Assembly: GCA_964016885.1 (NCBI GenBank)
Contig: OZ024743.1
Coordinates: 267,034,001 to 267,098,000, forward strand
Direction: 5' to 3'
Length of the DNA stretch: 64,000 nucleotides
From: Eledone cirrhosa
Lineage: Eukaryota
The notes below the pieces were generated by a model, which did no database searches, had not been told where the DNA came from, and worked only from the letters and a program-made list of their open reading frames with translations. Numbering within the stretch: the stretch's first letter is position 1; every line of letters starts with the position of its first letter. Shown one piece after another: positions 53,184 through 64,000 of this stretch. The position numbers and the translations under genes are program-made.

Positions 53184-53745
53184 ACAGCAGCACAGACACC
53201 ACTACAGCAATGAAGAGGCGGATTTTCAGGTCTCTACGAAGGTCCGACTTCCACACCGATCTCAAGCTGTGACACGCCGCCCAGGCCTTGCTCTTCCTCT
53301 CAACCACATCATCTTCCGTATTCCCAATCTTTGCTCCCAAATACAGGAAGCCCTCAACCAATTTTAGAAACTCACTCAGATGGTGGATGGGTGCTACACG
53401 AGAATGCTGAGGATGGCTCTGAACATTAATCAGTATAGACTGAGGATGAAAAACTCAGAGCTGTATGGGAGCATCCCAAAAGTCAGCTCAAAAGTGACAC
53501 AGAGGAGACTGAGGTTAGCTGGACATGCTCACCGACATCCAGAGTTGACATTGCACTCAGTGTTCCTTTGGGAACCCCTACATGGACGCACTAGAAGAGG
53601 GAGACCAAGGTTAACGTATGTTGATGCCCTAAGGACAGACACTGGTCTATTGGAGACGCAGGACATGGCAGCGATAATGAGGGACAGAGACCGCTGGAGA
53701 GCACTCGTCCATGGATCTCGGGAATTTTACCCGCCTTAGAATAGA
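53184..53745 (+). mobile_element. RTE-clade LINE 3' fragment with 5' inversion
   Basis: 53184-~53362 is inverted (FLYLG...VLLYG) and ~53366-53745 is sense (RLRLAGH...RRGRPR...RDRWR). 11-bp TSD ATATCTTCCAT at 53173-53183 and 53746-53756. Confidence 0.88.
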
Positions 53746-53771
53746 ATATCTTCCATTTCTAATTATATTTT

Positions 53772-53796
53772 CTAATGAAGAACTTATGTCCGAAAC
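53772..53796 (+). ncRNA. Degenerate hammerhead motif
   Basis: CTAATGA-A-GAAC(ttat)GTCC-GAAAC, related to the 15432 motif but with core mutations. Confidence 0.4.
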
Positions 53797-53999
53797 GATA
53801 ACACTCTTTTCCTGCTATTTCAAGTGTTAAAATAATATATTTCTTCAATGTACTCTGTCGTTCAACTTGATATTTCTATTTACATTTTACATACACATAT
53901 ATACACACACACGCCCAAATCCACCCCACAACACACCATACACACATATATATAAATATATAATATAAGATCAAAAGATGGTTAAAGGAGTTCCATGTA

Positions 54000-54066
54000 T
54001 TTTGTTATGCGCATTTCAAAAACAAACATCATCATGCAATAATATTTGTGTTTTCATCAGATAAAA
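54000..54066 (-). ncRNA. Type I hammerhead motif with long stem II
   Basis: Minus strand: TTTTAT-CTGATGA-AAACACAAATATT...GTTTGTTTTT-GAAA-TGCGCA-TA-ACAAAA. Palindromic stem III ATGCGCAT. Confidence 0.65.
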
Positions 54067-54125
54067 CAGGAGAACATGATATGAAGGCTAAAAAACACTT
54101 GTGGATAGTGCAGTTTTAAATCAAC

Positions 54126-54171
<46 letters not shown>

Positions 54172-54188
54172 AATCAACATATATATAA

Positions 54189-54220
<32 letters not shown>

Positions 54221-54416
54221 ATATGTGTGTGTGTGTAATGGAATCATTCTGTCATTACCATAACAGAAGTCCGACGAGCTTTTGAATCCAGAGTTAGGCC
54301 CGATCGGTATAGATCGTGCCTTGAGCTGATCAATCGCGAAAAATGCGTCATATCTTGTTAAATGTAATGAAGATCTAACACCATGTCCTTTTCATTATTA
54401 TTATTACACTCTACTT

Positions 54417-54601
54417 GGGCGGTGGATTGGCAGTATCGGTAGAGGGTCGGACGTCATGCTTTCCAGCATAGTTACGTCCCTTTACGGTCTGAGTTCAAAT
54501 CCCGCCGAGGTTAACTATGCCTTTCATCCTTACGGGGTCGATAAAATAAAGTACCATTAATGTACTGGGTAATTGATGGCCTTGTGCCAAAAGTGGAAAC
54601 A
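54417..54601 (+). mobile_element. Full-length tRNA-derived SINE with TSD
   Basis: A-box-like TGGCAGTATCGG, B-box GAGTTCAAATCC, core GCCTTTCATCCTTACGGGGTCGATAAAATAAAGTACC. 17-bp TSD ATTATTACACTCTACTT at 54400-54416 and 54602-54618. Confidence 0.92.
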
Positions 54602-54744
54602 ATTATTACACTCTACTTAGTAGAACACCAATACACCTACTGGAAACTACGCACCGAATTGTTCACTTCGGTGAACCTAGACTAATAGAACGTTGAAATC
54701 CCTAACCCCCACCCCCACCCGCATATATATATATATATATATTT

Positions 54745-54880
54745 GAAAAGATTCTGGACTCCAACAGATCTCCAGCCTTTTCGACAGCTAGATCCGAACC
54801 CAGATCTAGCTGTCAAAACGGCCGGAGCTCAGCCGTCGGGGTCCTGAATCATTTCATATTACTCATTCTACTACCCCAAG

Positions 54881-54885
<5 letters not shown>
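54745..54885 (+). repeat. Palindromic HHR-derived repeat (family 2), older copy
   Basis: TTTCGACAGCTAGATC...GATCTAGCTGTCAAAACGG..GAGCTCAGCCGTCGGGGTCCT; related to 57037 and 60791. Confidence 0.7.
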
Positions 54886-54912
<27 letters not shown>

Positions 54913-55740
54913 TATATTTGTTTTGGGAGGTTTTTGATATGAAATCGTGTGTCAGCTCGTATCCGTGATTTTAGAAATCATTATAAAAAATAAGTAATAA
55001 GTTTTCGTCATGACGTTTACATAGTTGATGGCAAGTTTTAATAGAATTGAGTAATTTCTCGCTATATTGGTGAACATGTTGATTTCTTATCTAGAAAATT
55101 TCTAAAAATATATGAGAGGGATGAAATTTGTTGACGTTTATGTACTTCTCTAGGCATCAGCAACTTAAATGAAATTAAAGTGGAATCAACTGGGAATCAA
55201 ATTCGTTTCGTTGTCACGCCTTACTGCTAGTTTACATTTCATACTTGAATTCATTTTCATTGCTAGATAAATTTCTTCATATCGTGGGCCAATTGACATA
55301 TAACACAATGGATGGATATCAAATACATAAAGTGAGGAAATCCAGTCATTCGGAACATAGTTATGAGGACAATATGCTGAATATTTAATAGCAGAAATTA
55401 TATTTATTTGTATTTCTATTCCCCGGGGCTTGGTTTAGTTGACATATTGTCTCACATATATTTAAGCCTTGACATTATAGCATTTTGTAAAGATAATTGC
55501 ACTAAAGCATCTAATGGATCTTTCCGATAGATGAAAATAAGAAATGGTACCATTTGTAGGCTATTTGGCAGCTATATATCGCAAGCTGCAAGACCAGATG
55601 TGTTAAGTACATTTGGCTGAATTATATTGGATTCTCCTTCATTGCATATAACTGCAGCAAAAATTTATTGTTTTTAGTTATTGCTAAAATATAATTTCAA
55701 TGTATATATATATATATATATATACATATATATATAATTC

Positions 55741-55863
<123 letters not shown>

Positions 55864-56710
55864 AATATATATATGTATAAATATATATAATACATACAAA
55901 TATGTATACATATATACATACATATATATATTTATATATATATATATATGTATACATATGTGTGTGTGTGTATGTGTATGCGTGTGTGTGTGTGTGGAAA
56001 AGGAAGGGTTGTATGAGATTCAAGAACTTGAACGGTGACGCTTAATATATATAATACCATCTAATCGTAAATGGCAGTCATGTATATATATGGCAGGGAG
56101 AAAGTGATTTACAAGGATATCATTTTCAAGTAAAAATAAATTTTAAATTTAATGCAATATGAGCTTAACACCGTTATACATTCTATATGTGCTTACCACA
56201 CGTATAACACTATGTCCCTAGAAAAATACACTCGAACACACTGAAATACATGCATATATATTTATAAAAAAAATATTTTGAAAATGTATGAAGGAAAGTA
56301 TCAGAGAAAGGAATTCTGCATTTACGATATTAAAATAAATCAAATTTATTCCGAATAAAAAATATATTTGATTGCGTAATGTGTCTCTTAAGCCAGTGTT
56401 TAATGAGAAAGAGTAAGTGGACTGAATAAGGCATTCAACAAAAACCTATGTATCAACAAACTATATTTAGGGATTACGAAGTGACAAAAATAATGTTATT
56501 GAAAAACCATCTTGCATTGTGAATTGGAGAAATACATTGCAATCAGCATAATGATTGAATAAAAATATAACCGTAGAGTAAAACATAATTCTACATACAT
56601 GAATTAAATTTAACATAAATTCACGCAGTGATATATATGTATCTCTCTCTCTCTCTCTTACTTTCCCTTTCTATCTCTCTTTATCTCTCTATCCCTCTCT
56701 CTCTCTTATG

Positions 56711-56771
<61 letters not shown>

Positions 56772-56793
56772 CACACACACAAACAGACATTTA

Positions 56794-56824
<31 letters not shown>

Positions 56825-56929
56825 TTACAGGATGTCACAAACATATGAATACACACTTTTATTAGAATGCTGTTGAAGTGTGTATACATTTTTCGATGAC
56901 AAGCGGTATATATATATATATATATATAT

Positions 56930-57338
56930 ATATTAATTGAACAAGTACTTTCATGATTTCGCAATCTTCAGGTTCATATTGTGTGGTGACAGTCAAGTTT
57001 ACAATTTTCAATATATAATTATATATATATATATATATATGAACGAGTAGGACCCCGACGGCTGAGCTCAATCCGTTTCGACGGCTAATTCTGGACGGCT
57101 AATTAGTCAGAATTAGCCGTCGAAACGGCTTGAGCTCAGCCGTCGGGTCCTACTCGTTCATATTACCCACGCTACTACCCTAAGTATAGACTACTTTGGT
57201 GCGTTATGTCCATCTGGTTCCTTACCACATTTCCTTCGTTATATATATATATATATGTATATATTGAAAATTGTAAATTTGACTGTCACCACACAATATG
57301 AACCTGGAGATTGCGAAATCATGAAAGTACTCAATTAA
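56930..57338. repeat. ~85-bp inverted repeats enclosing the family-2 palindrome
   Basis: AGTACTTTCATGATTTCGCAATC...CAATTTTCAATAT (56944-57014) versus ATATTGAAAATTG...GATTGCGAAATCATGAAAGTACT (57261-57331). Confidence 0.85.
57037..57240 (+). repeat. Palindromic HHR-derived repeat (family 2)
   Basis: Near-perfect palindrome at 57037-57163 containing GAAACGGC(ttgagctca)GCCGTC, plus a tail shared with 60791-60880. Confidence 0.8.
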
Positions 57339-57501
57339 CACTTAACATTTAATATTCTACCATACTATTTCATTCTAATACCATTATACATTTTAAAGGA
57401 TTGTAAATAAAACGAGTAAATCAGACAAAGTTGGAATTCCTTTTATTAATATAATCTTCTATACACAATCATACACACCCGTTTATATTTATCTATCTAT
57501 C

Positions 57502-57532
<31 letters not shown>

Positions 57533-58219
57533 ATTTAGCTCTGGCTTTTAACTATTGATCACTTTGCCAGTGTCATTTATGATTTTTGCGTTTCGTTTCG
57601 CCTTTCCTACCCTCCGAAACGTGATTCTCGCTGAATCTATATTTGTATTAATCTCCTGTGTCTTACAATTAACTTGTTAATAATTTTTATTGACAGGTTA
57701 ATTGTATAAGTTTATTTAAAAAACCACCCGGTTGAGAACTTATTCGATTTGTGCTATTTATGCTATTTTTTGCATGATATACACTTACTGAATTCTTTTG
57801 CCAAAATCTTGGACTATTTCCCCTTGTGATTTCCACACGTGGTTTAACTTGCTCTGTGTCACTCACATATTTGGTACGGAGCAAAATACCTGTTGATAAC
57901 GTGATATTACTTGTTCGATCTTTCTACCCAAAGCTTATATTTTTAAGCAGACAGTATTTTGATTTAGGTGTCATAGAAACCCTGCATTGGATTTTAACAA
58001 CAATTCCGAGGGTCCAGGTCTGGTTTTATCATTCATTTTTTTATCATTTATTTTGTTTTCACCGGTTTAGCCTGATTTGGTTTTTGGTTAGGTAGTTAAT
58101 GCTTTCTTGACCACTTTTTCAGTTTTGTATGGCTTCATAACAGATTGTTTAGCTTTAGTTTTTTAACTATTGAGCACTTTGCCAGTGTCATTTCTGATTT
58201 TTGCGTTTCGTTTCGCATT

Positions 58220-58419
58220 NNNNNNNNNNNNNNNNNNNNNNNNNNNNNNNNNNNNNNNNNNNNNNNNNNNNNNNNNNNNNNNNNNNNNNNNNNNNNNNNN
58301 NNNNNNNNNNNNNNNNNNNNNNNNNNNNNNNNNNNNNNNNNNNNNNNNNNNNNNNNNNNNNNNNNNNNNNNNNNNNNNNNNNNNNNNNNNNNNNNNNNNN
58401 NNNNNNNNNNNNNNNNNNN
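58220..58419. other. Assembly gap (200 N)
   Basis: Run of N. Confidence 1.
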
Positions 58420-58841
58420 GTATATATGATGATTCTTTTATCAGAGCTTTCATACGACACGTTATTGTATAATTTGAAGATATTCCAGCAACAATCTCCG
58501 ATTATATATTTTAATGATTTGTTGTGGAACCAATACTATCAGTTTACTGTTTACCAGTATTTATATGTGTTACCTTATATATGTTTTAATCTATTCATTT
58601 CTTTCATTAGAAATCGATGAATATTTCATGGTTTTAAAACATCTATGTAGATATTACAACGGAATGGAATTTCAATGAATCTCACAGCAATGCATTGGTA
58701 ATACGTTGGTAATGGCCCATACACACATACGGAAAGCACAAACATATTTCATATACATAAAAAAGAATATATATATTTATATATATATATGTGTGTGTGC
58801 GTGTGTGTGTGTGTGAGAGAGGCAGAGAGAGAGAGAGAGAT

Positions 58842-58892
<51 letters not shown>

Positions 58893-59105
58893 GATAGAGA
58901 GATAGAGAGAGAGTGTGTTTGTGTTCAACGATATATATGCATATGTATGAATATATTTATGAATACGCTTATAAGTATTGAGAGTGACTGTCAGAAGAAT
59001 AGACAGATAGATGCACATATATGATACTATGTGTCTGTGTGTATGTATGCATAGAAGGATACTACCACATGGATGGAAAATATATGTATGCATATATATA
59101 TATAC

Positions 59106-59171
<66 letters not shown>

Positions 59172-59441
59172 GTGAGTATGTGTGTGCGCGCGCGCGTGTG
59201 TGAGTGTATACTCAAATGTGTGTGGGAGGGTACGTGTGCTTGCGAGTATGTATATCTTATAAGTTGCTCTTGCATTTTTTTATATTGGCCTCTGAATTTG
59301 TTTACAATAATTCATTATGTATGATTATGTATGAATAAATAAATAAAGTAACATATGCATAAATACATTATATAAAAGTTGCATAAATAAATAATTAGGA
59401 AATCGGAAATTTAAACATATAAACATTATATATATGTATGT

Positions 59442-59501
<60 letters not shown>

Positions 59502-59561
59502 GAACATACACATATACTTTGGCTGGCATATATATATATATATATTTATATATGTGTGTGT

Positions 59562-59597
<36 letters not shown>

Positions 59598-59598
<1 letters not shown>

Positions 59599-60380
59599 CG
59601 GCTCAGAGCAGGAGAGTTAAGGCGGAAAAGATATCAGATGCTGAATTTGCCGACGACATAGTTTGGTGACAAATACAGTGAAGGAGGTAGAGGATTTGAT
59701 GCAGGAGGTTGAAACTGTGTCGTGAGTGTGGGGCTGAGAATGAATGAGACTAAACAAAATATCTGGTAGAGAATGTTGAGAAGCCAGAGGCGATCACTAA
59801 TATAGGCTGGAAGCCGCTAGGATTTGTCGAATACTTCCTATATTTGGGAGCAAAGATAGGGTATACGGAAGATGATGTGGTTGAGAGGAAGAGCAAAGCC
59901 TGGGCGGCGTGCCACAGCTAGAGATCGGTGTGGAAGTCGGACCTTCGTAAAGACCTGATAATCCGCCTCTTCATTCGTCTGTGCTGCTGTACGGGTCTGA
60001 GACTTGGACACTGACCAAAAAACTCATTCAGATGGTGGATGGGTGCTACACGAGAATGCTGAACATTAATCAGTATACACTGAGGATGAAAAACTTAGAG
60101 CTGCATGGGAGCTTCCCAAAAGTCAGCTCAAAAGTGACACAGAGGAGATTGAGTTTAGTTGGACATGCTCACTGAAATCCAGAGTTGACATTGCACTCAG
60201 TGCTCCTGTGGGAGCCCCTCCATGGACACACTGGAAGAGGAAGACCAAGGTTAACGTATGCTGATGCCCTAAGGACAGACACTGGTCTGTTGGTGACTCA
60301 GGAAATAGTAGCGATAATGAGGGACAGAGACCGCAGGAGAGAACTCGTCCATGTTCTCCGGAATTTTGCCCGCCCTTTAA
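59598..60380 (+). mobile_element. RTE-clade LINE 3' fragment
   Basis: FADDI-like RT motif, FLYLG, LLYGSETWTL, GRGRPR; same family as 53184-53745. Confidence 0.88.
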
Positions 60381-60718
60381 AATATGAGTATGTGTGTGTA
60401 TATATATATATATATATGTGTGTATATATACATATATATATATATATTTATAACTCTTAGAGTTGTCTGAAATGTATAGCCTTGGACGCGCTGAACCATA
60501 TTCTATTCCATTTCAGTCAACTGGCGAAACAGATCTCTTTGGATTTGTACGCGTGTGTTATATAGTTATAGAGGTGCGTATATACATTTGAATTCATATT
60601 TTTAATTATTGTGTTTATACCCTATCTTTTCATAGATTATAGATTCCATACACTGGTGGGCTTTCCCTGTTCTATTGATGGCGCCCTATCTCTCTCTAGT
60701 GTGTTACCTTTTCAACAT

Positions 60719-60790
<72 letters not shown>

Positions 60791-60793
<3 letters not shown>

Positions 60794-60967
60794 CGAAGGA
60801 AATAAGGAAATGTGGTAAGGAACCAGATGGACCATAACGCACCGAAGTACTCAATACTTAGCGTAGTAGAGTGGGTAATAGGAACAAGTAGGACCCCGAC
60901 GGCTGAGCTCAAGCCGTTTCGACGGCTAATTCTGGACTCAGTTCAGAATTAGCCGTCTGGTCCTACT
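60791..60967 (-). repeat. HHR-derived repeat (family 2), core-deleted copy
   Basis: Minus strand: GTAGGACC-A-GACGGCTAATTCTG(loop)CAGAATTAGCCGTC-GAAACGGC(ttgagctca)GCCGT-C-GGGGTCCTAC. Confidence 0.75.
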
Positions 60968-60971
60968 TTTT

Positions 60972-61020
<49 letters not shown>

Positions 61021-61023
<3 letters not shown>

Positions 61024-61555
61024 AACGGAAAAAATGAAACGAAATTTCGTTTCCCACTCTTTGTACGGCTGTTACTTAAATATAAATATGTACAAGTACA
61101 TACATATATGTATACAGACGTATAGTAGTATGTATATATATATACATACATGCACACATATATATGTACGTATGGATTCACCGAACATTTATTATAAGCC
61201 TCGGTGTGTTTGTAAACAAACATCACGTATTAAGCCGTAGTGTCTAGCAACCATCGTTGCTCGTTTGTTCAACACTGACAAAGAACGCTCTACTAGTTTC
61301 AAGCTTATTAGCTATCGTCAGCAACGTATACCTTCCTGCCAGATTGTTGAACGTATATACTTACCTTATGCCTATTAACGGCTGAGTAGCCCAATTTGCA
61401 TATCGAGTGGGTTGATCGGCCGAGTGCACCGAAAACGATAAACGGAAAAAATGAAACGAAATTTCATTGACCATTCTATGTACGGCTGTTACTTAAATAT
61501 AAGTATGTACACGTACATTCATATATGTATACAGACGTACAGTATTATGTATATA
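61021..61555 (-). mobile_element. Retrozyme-like repeat (HHR family 1), ~1.3 tandem units, period ~417
   Basis: AAACGGAAAAAATGAAACGAAATTTC recurs at ~61023 and ~61440. HHR on the minus strand at 61285-61327; octamer at 61394-61401. Confidence 0.75.
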
Positions 61556-61879
61556 TTCCCTTTCTTCTTTGACGTATGTATGACGTACGGAGTGGTGGTA
61601 GTACATGATAGGCCTGCGCCCCCTTACCAGATATTCACTGGTAGTTTTCAGTTGCCAACACTTTAAGGGCGGCTGGCTACGAGCTAGTTGGTCAGCCGCC
61701 CTCTCTGTCTCTGGTTTCTCGGACTCATGGTTTTTCGGACCCATGGCTTTTTACAAATTCCTTTATTATATTCCAATACCTGATGATATCACCGGATTCA
61801 TATGGAACCCGGTCATTGAAATGATCATATTATAATAAACCTTTCTAGGATTTACACCAGTCCAGCCTCCTGTTATTTC

Positions 61880-61910
<31 letters not shown>

Positions 61911-61912
61911 TC

Positions 61913-62590
61913 TACAGGATGCGCACGTTATTTGAGGACAGATTTATGTTTTTAAAAAAAACGCTTATATGATAACAGTAAAAATAATTTTTGTTATAAA
62001 AATAACATAAACATAAAGCTATATTATCAATTTAATAATTTCATTCAATAAAACCACCATAAGCATCAATAACTACCTCTACGTTTGGTTGAAAGCGTTT
62101 ACAAGCTCGGATTAAGTGGTCCTTGTTCATATCGGACATACTCGAACTATTGCGGCTTTCAAAGAATCTTTGGTGCCATGGGGGTGTTCATTGACATTTT
62201 TACCCAACGATGCTCCATACATCCAGTGGATTAAGATCTGGAGAATTAGAAGGCCAAATGTTGGAGGTGATGTGATCATGCAAATTTTCGGCTATCCATT
62301 CTTGTGACATTTGAGCCTTGTGTGATGGTGCAGAATCTTGTTGAAATCCATAAGGCCTTCCATTGCATACACTCCTAATCCAAGGCTTAACAACTTTTTC
62401 CAGAACCTCAATATACGCAGGCCTTGTGGAATAAAGTGAGGAGGATCACATGTGTCTTCATTGCTAACAACACCCAAAACTATGACATCTGCAGGGAAGT
62501 TTGGATCCTCAGAAGGGTCTGCACATAGCCACCTGTCTTTTCTTCTGTTAGTTTTCTTGTCCTGGTTAAAGTTTTTCAGATCTGAGAAAG
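61913..62590 (-). mobile_element. Tc1/mariner DD37D (maT) transposase relic
   Basis: Minus frame FQQDSAPSH...WPSNSPDLNPLD with exactly 37 residues between the two catalytic Asp (62221-62346). TA-CAGG TIR-like end at 61913. Confidence 0.85.
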
Positions 62591-62959
62591 TTTTTTCTCA
62601 TCTGTTTATGTAATTAAAGTTGGAAGATATAGAGTATTCTTAGAGTATATTCAACAATAGAAAATTATTGATATACGTAGACCTTATCGGATTTTATATC
62701 TCACAATTCCTTCGGCATTACTACCGATTAACACACTGTTAGGCGAAATTCAAGAAGATGGAATAAATTGTGCATGTGCATGTGCACCGAAAACGATAAG
62801 TGGAATAGAATGAAACGAAATTTAATTCTATTCCATTTATCGTTTTCGGTGCGCCCGGCCGACTAAACACCCTCGATATCCAAATCAGGCTGCTCAGCCG
62901 TTAATATGCATAAGGAAAGTATATACTTTCAGACGGTCAACCATCTGGCAGGAAGATAT

Positions 62960-63002
62960 ACGATGCTGACGATAGCTAATAAGCTTGAAACTAGTACATC
63001 GT
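62960..63002 (+). ncRNA. Minimal type I hammerhead ribozyme
   Basis: ACGATG-CTGACGA-T-AGCT(aata)AGCT-T-GAAA-CTAG-TA-CATCGT; perfect 6-bp stem I. Confidence 0.82.
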
Positions 63003-63406
63003 TCCTGTGTCAGTGTTGAACACAAAGGTGACGTTGTTGCCTAAACACTGTACGGCGTAATTCGGACTGTTTGTTTGTTTACAAACAAACCGAGCATTAT
63101 AATAAATGTTCGGTAAACCGATACGTGCATATATATATGTGTGTGCATGTATGTATATATATACATACTACTGTACGTCTGTATACATATATGTATGTAC
63201 GTATACATACATACATACATACTTACATTTAAGTAACTGCCGTACTAAGAGTGAGAAATGAAATTTCGTTTCATTCTATTCATTTATCGTTTTCGGTCCG
63301 CTCGGCCAACTAAACTCACTCGATATGCAAATTAGGCTTCTCAGCCGTTAATATGCATAAGGAAAGTATATACTTTCAGACGTTCAACCATCTGGCAGGA
63401 ATGTAT

Positions 63407-63449
63407 ACGATGCTGACGATAGCTAATAAGCTTGAAACTAGTACATCGT
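63407..63449 (+). ncRNA. Minimal type I hammerhead ribozyme
   Basis: Identical to 62960-63002. Confidence 0.82.
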
Positions 63450-63679
63450 TCCTGTGTCAGTGTTGAACACAAAGGTGACGTGGTTGCCTAAACACTGTAC
63501 GGCGTAATTCGGGATGTTTGTTTGTTATAATAAATGTTCGGTAAACCGATACGTGTATATATATATGTGTGCATATATGTATATATATACATACTAGTGT
63601 ACGTCTGTATACATATGTGTATGTACGTATACATACATACATACATACTTACATATAATTATATATATATATAATTATA

Positions 63680-63716
<37 letters not shown>

Positions 63717-64000
63717 CATAGATATGTGCATAAACGGTGACCAGGTACAACATAGAATAAGCACTAAGCAGTAACAACATGCATCAGCCGGCATATTGGT
63801 TAAATTGTTTGGATTTCGTTCATAATGTCATGATTTTCATTTCCGGTTGCACGTTTTGTTCAATCAAAGGCAGAAAAGTGAGTTATGCCTGAAATTCAAA
63901 CGAGCATACTTGGCGCGTAGTATGTACCTTAGAATTAGGCAAATGTGCACCTTTCTATGGAATGCGGACACATGTGTACATTAATTTTACGAACATCATG

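Larger units (their letters stand above)
62783..63650 (+). mobile_element. Retrozyme-like tandem dimer (HHR family 1), period 447, with short inverted 5' arm
   Basis: Identical HHRs at 62960-63002 and 63407-63449; 62783-62852 forms a fold-back. Confidence 0.8.

Overview
AT-rich, microsatellite-dense animal genomic DNA. The SINE and mariner end sequences resemble those of octopus or other cephalopods, which is an inference from pattern recognition. No host protein-coding gene could be supported. The centre (25.5-50.6 kb) is a nested transposon cluster anchored on (TAA)n tracts: three long Tx1-clade (L1 superfamily) LINEs on the minus strand, an R4/Dong-clade RLE LINE on the plus strand, a Buster-type hAT with TIRs and TSD inside one Tx1, and a SINE inside that hAT. 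The flanks hold RTE LINE fragments (one 5'-inverted), a DD37D/maT transposase relic, Penelope-like relics, tRNA-derived SINEs and long palindromes. The most notable signal is a dense set of minimal type I hammerhead ribozyme (HHR) motifs from several families. One family is a ~420-450 bp tandem non-coding unit (12.5, 61.0-61.5 and 62.8-63.65 kb) with one HHR and an upstream ATGCAAAT octamer per unit, making it a candidate retrozyme / circular-RNA system. Most listed ORFs are microsatellite artefacts or antisense frames of retroelements.
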